Source: Octopus bimaculoides
Lineage: Eukaryota
NCBI RefSeq assembly: GCF_001194135.2
Contig: NC_068990.1
Span: forward strand, 16,426,276 to 16,490,275
Length of the DNA: 64,000 bases
Direction of reading: 5' to 3'
The notes beneath the pieces are model-generated. The model saw nothing but the letters and a program-made list of their open reading frames with translations, made no database searches and was not told the origin of the DNA. A program made the position numbers and the translations under genes. Shown piece after piece: positions 13,075-23,471 of the stretch (the stretch's first letter is position 1; every line of letters begins with the position of its first letter).

Positions 13075-13088
13075 GTTAACTTAGCAAC
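13075..13088. promoter_or_regulatory. RFX X-box-like site upstream of the LRR gene
   Basis: GTTAACTTAGCAAC has a perfect RGYAAC half-site and one mismatch in the other half; about 95-105 bp upstream of the ATG, with local CpGs retained. Confidence 0.45.
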
Positions 13089-13205
13089 GGCTGTTTACTG
13101 ACAGCTAAACTTACTGTGCATTATACTTAGTCTTTGTTTATAAGATTACACAAGAGTTCAAGTTACCCAGCAATAAATAAATAAATAAATAAATAAATAA
13201 ATACA

Positions 13206-13249
<44 letters not shown>

Positions 13250-13251
<2 letters not shown>

Positions 13252-15420
13252 CTGGTTTGTCAGCAGTCAGAGGCCTGAAATTTGCCAAAAGGGCATTTTT
13301 TTGGTGACAGCAATAGGATAAATCATATTTTTGTTGATGGATACTGCAGGAGGATATGCAGTTTTTTGCGGAGGAAGAGCTGGCAGTTGGGGGTGCTAGG
13401 TGAATATGGTGGAGCTTTGTCGACAATAGTCCACTTGATACTGGGTATTTCATCTCAGAGATCACAGAATTTCCAGAGAAAATAAGACAGGGAAGTAGAG
13501 TTCTCTATGTCCCTGGATCTGAACACATGCATATGCTGGGAGTATCATCCCTTGAAGCCATTAGCTGTCATACCTGTATAGTGTCTAGTAATGCCATCAG
13601 ATGGTGGTTCTGTATACTATGGCCCTTGAGGGACAAGACTTTTCTAGAAGGCACATGGTGGGATTATGGGAGTTGCAGGTTGGGGTTGGGGGTGGTGTGG
13701 GTGCATTTTTACATCTATTGATGCATGCGATGTTAGACGTTGTCTAAGCAGATGTAGCTCACCTTGACATTATGGGGGATGGAGAGTTTGTTATACTTAT
13801 GGCCTTTGCAGAAGTGTTTCTTAATTAACGATAGGAAGCCCCAGCTACGTTGGTGGAAACTTCTAGGTTGAAGCAGGATATACCATATAATTTTCCTTCT
13901 CCTAATCCTTTTGGGGCGAGGAGAGAGTGTTTGGGGGTTGTCCACATATGTGAGCTTCTCAGTAAGCCCACTCCTAGTCAAAGCATTGCTGTAGTGGGCA
14001 GGGGCTGTTAAAGGTCTCTTTATTGGCTGAGAGATTAGATAATCATTTACTAATGCCTGGAACCAGGTTTCTTATTACAGCAGGGATATGGTTTGAGCTC
14101 TTGTGGATGTATACTGTATCCTCCTTAGGCTTCCTGTATGGGTAATACTTTCCTGTACTGAGGTCTAAGGTTACATCCAAGAAATCGACCGTAGTCAAGT
14201 TGGTGGTAACTGTTATGGACAGGCCAAACTCCTTAAATATTTTTATCAAGTCCTTCCTGAATCTGTCCATGGTGTGGTTGTTCATATGGCCTGAGACAGC
14301 CAGGCCTGTCATCCCTGTAGAGGGCTGACCTATGTAGGTGGATATGTCTCTTGAGGGTATCCAAGATGTATAACCCGACATATTTCATCCCTGTCAAGAT
14401 GTATTTCGGCCCCGTCAAAGCTCCTCATAGAGATGTCAAACAATGGGTTGCCTTCTTTTTTCACCCAGAAGGAATCGTCATGGGCCAGAAATTACTCTCT
14501 GACATTCATGATAATTCTGATGTCAAGGTCACCAATGCTGGTGTATTGCTCAGCAAAAGTTAGGGCCTTCAGAAGGAGGAGCTTATATATGGAAGGGTAA
14601 AAGTCAACAAGGTTGAACTGGGTGAATCTACAGGCTGATTTATTCTCAATACTGTGGAACCAGTTGACCACGGCTGTGCTGGAATTCCATTGAGTCAACT
14701 CTGTAGCTCTCCTGATATCGGAGTTGATAGTATCAAGAATACCTTTGCTAATAATACCTATCTCACTTTTAGAGGGGTTGATCAACCTGCATTTGAGATT
14801 GGAGTGGAAGTTAGGCTTATGGTCCTTAAGTGTAATATAGGGGCAGGGGTCATGTGGTGAGTTAATCCACGCAATCCTCTATATTAAGGTGGCTGGCAAG
14901 CTTCTTTGCACCTGTATTTGTCATTGTATATGGAATTATAGGTTTTCTTGTATGTTTTGGTGATGGCACTTGTAAGAAGTCTTGAGTGTGTGGAAGTGTT
15001 CATTCCGTAAATGTTCTTTGTTTTGTCTACAAGGGTGAGTATGTTGGGTGATTGTTTAATGATGGTCATATAGTCATTTAGTGATTTAAGGAAGAGGCTA
15101 GAATAATGCCAAAACCTTACCTTCTTTACAATGTTCCATAGGTCAGTCTCAAAGTTCTCAAGGTCATTCATATGTGAGGAGCACTTTTGTGATTTGAAAC
15201 CAAATCTATCTGTAGATGTAGTGGTGGATGGATTCTCATAGAAGAAAGCCTTCCAGTGCATGTGCTTGATGACACTTTCCATCTTCTCCGTAAGTCGTGT
15301 CAGGTAGATTTTCATTGGGGGTATTTGCATATTCCTCACCGAGTATGGTAGTGGTTGTCTCTCCATTGCAAACTGTTGGCCAGACATTCATAAATGGTGC
15401 TCAACAGAGTCTGAAGCAAT
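13250..15420 (-). mobile_element. Penelope-like retroelement relic (RT plus GIY-YIG-type endonuclease region)
   Basis: Fragmented ORFs with PLE-type motifs: KMESVIKHMHWKAFFY, DKTKNIY, INPSKSEIGIISKGILDTIN, NLVDFYPSI, VDFLDVTLDLSTGKYYPYRKP..YIHKSSNH, RRRKIIWY, VKVSYICLDNV. Confidence 0.85.
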
Positions 15421-16029
15421 TGTATGAGTGAGTGGACAAACAAAAGAAGGGCACTGAACCAATTTATTGTGAGTTACATGTATGGATCAAAATAGTTTGA
15501 ACCAAATTTGTTGGTATTCTTGAGTTTCAAGTGTGATGCTAGTAGTCAGCCATTTTGAATTTGAATGACAGAAGTTGATTGTTATTACCATAAGGTGGGC
15601 TGCGATTGTTTGAAGAAGGTCATGCAGTATCGTGGTTTGATGTTAGTATATGGGTAACAGTTAGATGGAAAATACCACATGGCGAATATCAGTTTATATA
15701 ATCTTTGAATAGAAATAGGCATTGCTGTGTGGTTAAGAATTTTATTTCCCAATCATGTGGTTTCAGGTTTTGTCCTACTGTGTGACATCTTGGACAGATG
15801 TCTTCTACTGTAGCTTCAGACCAACAAAAACTTTGTGAGTAGGTTTGATATGTGGAAACTGGAATGGAAGAAGCTCACTGTCAATGTATGTATGTGTATG
15901 TGTATTTGTTTGTAGCCTTGTCTTGACATCATGTGTTGGTTGTAAACAAGCATCACCATCATACAAGTGATGTTGTTCATTTCCAATCTTCCATGAAAAA
16001 CATGTCTGGCTATGGGGAAATATTACCTT

Positions 16030-17395
16030 ACTGCCAGTAAAGTGGTAGTTAACCACAAGTACAGCAAAGAATTTGGTGTAGTGATAGGGGTTCATCAAGG
16101 CTCAGTCCTAAGTTCCCTCCTTTTCCTCACTGTCCTCCAAGCCGTAACAAAGGAATTCAAGACTGGCAGCCCCTGGGAACTATTATGTGTTGATGGTTTT
16201 GCCCTCATAGCAGTTCTATATCAGAATTAGATGAGAAATTCCAGGTGTGGAAGCAAAACTTGGAATCTAAGGGCCTTAAGGTTAACTTAGCAAAAATTAA
16301 GGTTCTAGTAAGCAAGAAAACTGACAGGACCCTACCCACCTCAGATAGGTAGCTCTGTTTGATTTGTAGGAAAGGTGCAGGCAGGAACTCCATACAGTGT
16401 AGCCAGTGTAAGCTATGGACACACAGGAGGTGCAGTGGATTAATAAGAAGCTTATCAGAGAAGATAGTTTTCGTATGTGGAAGATGCACAGGGTCCATAA
16501 AAACTTTAGAGACTCAGGGAATTGATTCTCTCAAATGCTCTGGTGGCTTATTAGAGGTAGTAGATAATTTCTGCTACCTAGAGGACCAAATTAGTTGTTG
16601 GGGAGGATGCACAGAGTGTGATAGCTAGAATAAGAATAAGGTGGAGGAAATTCAGAGAGCTGTTACCTCTGAGGGTCACAAAAGGTTTCTCTCTCTGAGC
16701 GAAAGGAAGATTGTATGATGCATGTATATAGATGGCAATTCTACATGTTAGTGAGACATGGGCCCTGAATGCAGAGGACATGAAAAGGTTAGAAAGGAAT
16801 GAGACTAGGAATGAGTAATTAGTTGCTGTGTACAAGAGAGAAGACTGTGCTGGTTTGGTCATATGGTGTGGATGGATGCCGACAGCCCCATAAAGAAGTG
16901 CCAATCTCTCAAAGTAGATGGAACAAGTGGAAGAAGGAGACCCAGGCAGACATGGTATGAAGAACTGAAGAACAATCTCAAGATGCTGAACTTTTCAGGT
17001 GAGATGACAAAGGACGAAGATGCCTGGTGCCTTGCTGTACTTAAAAAAAGATTTGTACTCCACAGCAAAAGTGTTAAGACCAGTCCCTCTGGTGGTGAAA
17101 GGCACTCATGGCAGTACCACATAAAAGCATCCATACAGTGCCATGTAAAATTATCCATGCAATGACATGTAAAAACGCTCATACAGCACTACATAAAAGT
17201 ACTTGTGCAGTGCCACATAAAAGCATCTAGCACACTTTAAAAAGTGATTGGTGTTAGAAAGGGTATCCAGCTGTAAAAACCATGATAAATCAGACTGGAG
17301 TCTGGTGCAGCTCCCCAGCTTGCCAGCTCTGGTCAAACTGTCCAGCTCATGCCAGTATGAACAACAGACATTAAATGATGATGAAGATGAGGAGG
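16030..17395 (+). mobile_element. 5'-truncated RTE LINE (PHD-containing family) with 3' UTR and (GAT)n tail
   Basis: GVHQGSVLSSLLF, GSPWELL, CRKGAGRNSIQCSQCKLWTHRRC, FCYLEDQ, RRRPRQTWYE; 3' UTR ends in gatgatgaagatga. Confidence 0.85.
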
Positions 17396-17404
17396 AGGAT
17401 CTGT

Positions 17405-18045
17405 CAAATTAGTGATTTAACTTCAAGAGACATAGCAAAAGAGACAAATTATGACATCACAGAGTTGGCTGCATTTGTGGATGAACATGAACCTAAACTC
17501 CTTCCAGAACAAAGCTGTGCATATGATAAAATTATTTTGTCAGTTAGAGTAAAAAGTGGAGAAATTTTCTTTCTTGATGCTCTTGGTAGCACAAAAACAT
17601 TTGTAACAACACTGCTTCTCTCCAAGGTAAGGCAACAAAAAAGAATTGCAGTTGCTGTAGCATTGTTTGGCTTTGCTGCCACCATTCTCCAAGGAGGACG
17701 AACAGTTCATTCTGCTTTTATATTACTGCTAAACCTGGTCACAACCGACAGTCCAATTTGTAACACAAGCAAAGGTTCAGGTTTAGCAGAAGTGTTGCGC
17801 CAATGCCACCTGATCATTTGGGATGAATGCACCATGTCACATAGATGTGCAATAGAAGCCCTTGATAAGACTTTACAGGACTTAATAGGCAACAATAAAT
17901 CTATGGGAGGAGTTACATTAGTTTTATCAGGAGACTTCATACAGGCATTACCTGTCATTCCAAGATGAACAAGATCTGATGGAATAAAAGCATGCATTAA
18001 GTCTTCAGACCTATGGAATAAAGTATAGAAATTCTCCTTTGTATT
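17405..18045 (+). mobile_element. Helitron Rep/PIF1-like helicase fragment (pseudogenised)
   Basis: ORF 17375-17968 has a degenerate Walker A (FFLDALGSTKTF), AAT-x-LQGGRTVHSAF, IIWDECTM and GGVTLVLSGDFIQALPVIPR, then a stop inside the domain. Confidence 0.9.
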
Positions 18046-18924
18046 TTCATAGCAGCAGCAGCACCACCACCACCACCNNNNNNNNNNNNNNNNNNNNNNN
18101 NNNNNNNNNNNNNNNNNNNNNNNNNNNNNNNNNNNNNNNNNNNNNNNNNNNNNNNNNNNNNNNNNNNNNNNNNNNNNNNNNNNNNNNNNNNNNNNNNNNN
18201 NNNNNNNNNNNNNNNNNNNNNNNNNNNNNNNNNNNNNNNNNNNNNNNNNNNNNNNNNNNNNNNNNNNNNNNNNNNNNNNNNNNNNNNNNNNNNNNNNNNN
18301 NNNNNNNNNNNNNNNNNNNNNNNNNNNNNNNNNNNNNCATATATATATACATATACATATATATATATACATATACATATATATATATACATATATGTAT
18401 ATATATTGACCACACTCCACCTGTGTTTACCATTCACTGTATTCACCTCTATCTCCCATTTCTAGCACAGCTGTTCCTGTCCCTCTATCCCTACCTCAAT
18501 AATTGGCAAAAAGCCACCCATCACAACACTAACCCTCACCATCACCAACTTAGTCAAGGGATATTGAATGCAAATAAACATTTTAGTCACTTGCTCAGCT
18601 CCTCACTAGTGCGAGTGCTACAAAAAAAGCATCCAGTACACTCTGCAAGGCATTAGGAAGAACATCCAGCTGTAGAAACCATGCCAAAGCAGTCACTGGA
18701 GCATGATGCAGTCCTCATCAGATCCTGTTGGACCATCTAACCCATGCCAGCATAGATGACAAACATTAAATGTTGATTATGGTGATGAATGATGATGCAT
18801 ATATGTCTAGTGTATGTACACATGCGTATATATATGTATACACACACACACATACACACACATATAAATAACTCAGTTTATCTTTTCTCTGATGTTTATC
18901 TTTATTTTCAAAAATGAAAAAAGC

Positions 18925-19065
18925 ATATGATTTCAACACTGTTGATAAGCATGGGAAATTACCCATCTGCTTTCTTCAATTACCCACTATATTCATTCTG
19001 AAGATATATTTAAAAGGACAGCACTATACCTTTTGCTCCTGAATGCTTCACTAAACACAACCAAA
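18925..19065 (+). promoter_or_regulatory. Proximal promoter/5' UTR of LPMO copy 1
   Basis: 141 bp, colinear with 37020-37160 (5 differences). GATAAG at 18944, palindrome ATGGG-AAATTA-CCCAT at 18951-18966, TATA-like TATATTTAAAA at 19005. Confidence 0.7.
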
Positions 19066-19230
19066 ATGTTGTTGGTTTATTCTAGTTTGGTGTTTTACGC
19101 TGGTTTATTTCTGGGTGTCGAAGGTCATGGTCGACTGATGGACCCGCCTTCCCGGTCTAGTATGTGGCGATTGGGGTTCAAGACTCCATTCAACTATGAT
19201 GATATTGAGCTATATTGTGGAGGAATGGCG
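19066..19230 (+). CDS. AA15-type LPMO copy 1, exon 1 (20-aa signal peptide plus HGRLMDPPSRSSMWR...)
   Basis: ATG 19066, hydrophobic leader ending VEG, His as first mature residue; donor GTattt at 19231; 165 nt, phase 0. Confidence 0.92.
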
Positions 19231-19963
19231 GTATTTATTTTCTATTTGTGTTTATCTTAAATTTCTTCTTTTATCAATAATTAATTAATGTATTCAGGAA
19301 AATGCAAATAAACATTTTTTGTTTATTTCTAAATTTGTCTCATTTTAAATTGGTGTAGACTTTGATTTTGTTTATAAATTATTCTGCCTATTCATATTAT
19401 TGATAATAATATGCATACATTTGTGTTATAATTGGATTCTGTGTCTAGAATTCTTTTTTTATAATGATAGCCAACATAAATGTTGGTTTGATGCTTGCTT
19501 GCTTTCTCCAGTCATGTTTTTATATTATATGTAGAGAGAGAAAGCAAGAGAGTAAAAGATAGAGAGTGAGTTAACATAAGTGAAGCAGGATGAGTGTGCA
19601 TACTAGGCTTGTTAACAAGCAATGAGTAAAAGAATGCTACAGAGAGAGAGCGAGAGAGAGAGAAAGAGAGGAGTGAGTGAGTGAGAGAGAATGGTAGAGA
19701 GAGAAGAGAGTGCACGAGTAAATAACACTAGTTATGGGAGGTGTTGAACAAATGAGAAATTAATTTTGTTTAATTTTATTTTAAGAGATATTTTTCCTTT
19801 GAAAATCAATATTCATTTCATTATTTTGTATAAGTGCAAAGAAATTTGATAAAAGTTAAATTATAATTATTGTATGTATGCCATATTACCCATGGCAACA
19901 AAGTTACCTATTATAGCATGTTCTATGATGATTAATGTCATCTTTTTTTAATCATTTCAACAG

Positions 19964-20336
19964 CATCAATGGACATTTAATCATGGAAAATGTGGAATAT
20001 GTGGTGACCCTTATGAAGGCCCACGAAAGAATGAAGCAGGTGGTAAATATGCAACTGGAATCATCAGTCGTTATTATCACAAAGAACAAATCATTACAGT
20101 TGATGTTGACCTGACCACCAACCATTTAGGCTGGTTTGAGTTCCGCTTATGTCCAAACAACAATGTAAAGAAACCTGCTACCCATGAATGCCTGAATAAA
20201 TATCTTCTCCGACAGGCCAATGGCAATGGAACTAGACTTTATATTGGTCAAAAAGTGGGACATATTTTTACAAAACTAAAATTACCAGCTGGTCTTACTT
20301 GCTCTCAGTGTGTTTTACAATGGAAATACCATACAG
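19964..20336 (+). CDS. AA15-type LPMO copy 1, exon 2
   Basis: Acceptor caacAG, donor GTgaga, 373 nt. GKCGICGDPY, NEAGGKYATGIISRYY, LTTNHLGWFEFRLCP (second His), LPAGLTCSQCVLQWKYHT. Confidence 0.95.
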
Positions 20337-20963
20337 GTGAGATGCTGTTTGATTAAAAGCTTTGTGTGTGTGACAGTTATTGCATTATTACTTCATTCTT
20401 CAATTCTTTAAGTCCCTTAAATCTTGCTCTGTGATACTCACTATTATATTATATAAAAATGCTAGTAGCAGTACTTAACCATACCTGGGTGCAAAGAAAG
20501 TTACATTGCCCACAACATTCTCTCTGAAAAATATATGCTTATCATCATCATTGTTTTAACATCCACTTTTCCATCCTTGCATGGATATGATGGAATTCAT
20601 GAAGGCAGATTTTCTATTGCTGGATGCTCTTCTTGTCACTTGCCTTTACCTGTTTCCAAGCAAGATGATATTTCTGCATGACTGGAAAATTGGAAATGAA
20701 TGACTTGGCTTGTATGATGGTGATTGTGACACTTGTTTACAACTCTCATGCAGTATTGAAAGAAAAATAGGGAGCAAACATACACACACTCACACACATT
20801 ATATAGCCATAGAAATCTTGCCAAAGCAGACTCTGAAGACCAACACAGCCCTCAGTTTAGATGGATCCTGTCTAACCCATGTCACCATGGAACATAGACA
20901 TTAAATGATGATAATGATAATGATAGCTTTCTCTCTATATATATAATATAAAAACATGGCGGA

Positions 20964-20999
<36 letters not shown>

Positions 21000-21232
21000 G
21001 GGCTACAACCTGGGACTCAGTACTGGATTGGCATTTCATTTATCAATCTTGTAAAGATGGAAGGCAAAGTTGGCCTCAGTGGATTTGCATTCAAAGTACC
21101 AGAATGACTACAACAAAGCCATTTATTTGTTGCTTTAATAATGCAGCCAGTTACCAACCTTGTATTTTACACTATTAAACATTTAAAATTTTAAATAATT
21201 GATTGTGTTTTTCCTTATATTTTTTTTATTAG

Positions 21233-21582
21233 GGAACACATGGGGTGCAGGTAATAAATGTGTTGGAATGGGATGTTCCGATGCACAAGAAGAATTCTAT
21301 GGCTGTGCTGATATAGCCATCTTGGACAAAGGTGCACCAATTCCATCAACAATACGACCACGAACTGCCAAACCTCATGTCAGTACTTCAAGATCAGGCC
21401 ACATGAAACATTCCACAAACCATCGAAGACCATCAACACAAATTCCAAGACGTTCTACAAGTGTCCCTCAAAAATTCAAGAATTGTCATGCTATTGGTGC
21501 CTGGGCTGGTATCTATGATAACTGGTGCAAAGACTTCTGCCCAAAGGGAAGCTGCCCCAAAAATATGTGTCGTTGTGCCTGA
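21233..21582 (+). CDS. AA15-type LPMO copy 1, exon 3 (end of catalytic domain, linker, 6-Cys module); full protein 295 aa
   Basis: Acceptor ttattAG, phase 1. GNTWG...CVGMGC..AQEEFYGCADI, linker, CHAIGAWAGIYDNWCKDFCPKGSCPKNMCRCA, TGA. Confidence 0.93.
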
Positions 21583-21590
21583 ATTTCATA

Positions 21591-21596
21591 AATAAA
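21591..21596 (+). terminator. Candidate polyadenylation signal, LPMO copy 1
   Basis: AATAAA 9 nt after the stop; an equivalent signal follows copy 2. Confidence 0.45.
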
Positions 21597-22449
21597 ACTT
21601 ATTTCTATATCCTGAGTTGATGTATAAAGATCATGAATTATATCCATGATATTTAAGAACTTGATTATTAACACATTATTAAACTCAAGTATTTTAGTAC
21701 AACACAATAAATATTAATGGAATAAACTTTCATGCATATACAGAATCAGCTAAAATGTTAGTTAAGAGTTACATATTTACAATAGCAGAAAAGCACAAAT
21801 TGTATATATAATTCATAATTTAATTTAATATTTATCATGATTTAATTTGATTACCATTTTTCTTAGAAGAATACTATCAATATTCTTAAAGTGTCATCAG
21901 AATATTATTATTAAATTGATGTCATTCATAGCCCAGTGTGTTTTGCACACACATTGTCTATAAGAATTTCTCTCCCAAGACATTGTCTTCTGTGAAAGTC
22001 TTTCCACATTTGAGTGTACAAATGTGTTAAATATAATTGTTTACACATATATTTATATTATCAAATTATGAATGATATGTAAAAGTTAAGCTTTCCTGCT
22101 ATTTTCAATTTTAAATAAGATCTATAAAATATTACAATGTTACTATTGTTGTTTTAAGCCATAGTTAGTTCTTACCGAGCAGAACTATTAACAATGGCAT
22201 TCCAGCCATAACTAAACCATTTTTTTATTCAGTGTGTCTAGGATTATATTACCCAATACCTTCTCTTTTTCTTTTTATGAAAAGAAAAAGACACATTTAG
22301 GTATGATTTGAAGGAGATTTAAACTGCTATTTCTAGCAAGTCAAGCAACTGCATTAGGTTCTTTTGTTGATGTTTAGCTGTTTGGATGTGATGGGTGAAA
22401 TCTTTTGCAATGTTTTCTTCATATTTTGAAATTAATTCCTCTATATTAT

Positions 22450-23270
22450 TACCCTGAAAGATCTGGTTATAGTTAAAACAAAGTTGGAAGGGGAATTAAC
22501 AGATATTATGAGGAAAATGCATCGTTGGAAGAACAGACCAAGAAGAAGAATATTGCTTTCTTTATTAACTACAAGGTTTGGCAAAAAGATCAAGGACGAC
22601 AAAATACAGTGTGAGTTACATAAAAAAAAGACAAATAACAAAACAAAAGAAAAACAATAAAAAAATTTGAACAAAGAAAATATTCCTCAAAAGAGAATGA
22701 CCTCTAAGGGCTATTCATGTAAGTTTCACAAAACTATGTTTATTCTGACCACTAAGGCAAGCAACTTCTTCCAATTATCTCTCTTGAAGAAGTTAATGAG
22801 GGTCTAACTAAAGAGGAAGGTATCTGTTTTCAACCCTTCAACCTCATCCACCTTTTTTGCTAAGGGCAGATGACAGATGAAATCTGCTTGCCCTTCTTGG
22901 CCAAAGAAAGCAATAGGGCAATCTTCACAATGCACTCAGCTGCTAGCTGAAGCTGTCTACATGTGATAGCAGCTGTTTGATATAACTCCACAAGTCAGCA
23001 ATGCTTGGATATTATATGAATGCAAGAAGAATGGTTTCATTGCTCTGTGCACACCCCAAACGGGCCTGGTTGATGGCACTGTCTCTCAATGATTTTATCT
23101 TGAACTAAAAATGCCCCAAGTAGTACTGCCAGGTTAGGGATTTTTGGCAATTATCCATGGGTCCCTGTCTGAAAGTCCTCTGGAACAGACCAGCCACAAT
23201 TTTCACAAAGATCCCGATTCCCTGAGAACGTGTTACTTTTTCATGCCAGCACTATTTGAACATCTTTCCA
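22450..23270 (-). mobile_element. Tx1/L1-like LINE 3' end relic
   Basis: Degenerate minus-strand translation (CAQSNETILLAFI-x-YPSIADLWSY, EGQADFIC, LINFFK) followed by a T-rich 3' UTR with aataaagaaagc. Confidence 0.45.
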
Positions 23271-23286
23271 AAGGGTTGAGTTGAGA

Positions 23287-23300
23287 TGTGTGTGTGTGTG

Positions 23301-23355
<55 letters not shown>

Positions 23356-23420
23356 NNNNNNNNNNNNNNNNNNNNNNNNNNNNNNNNNNNNNNNNNNNNN
23401 NNNNNNNNNNNNNNNNNNNN

Positions 23421-23468
<48 letters not shown>
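23287..23468. repeat. (GT)n/(GA)n microsatellite with N gap
   Basis: Direct reading. Confidence 0.95.

Positions 23469-23471
<3 letters not shown>

Noticed and set aside
17375-17968. Host PIF1 helicase gene
   Set aside because: Walker A is broken, the start lies in a (GAT)n tail, an in-domain stop is present and there are no exons around it; it fits a Helitron relic.
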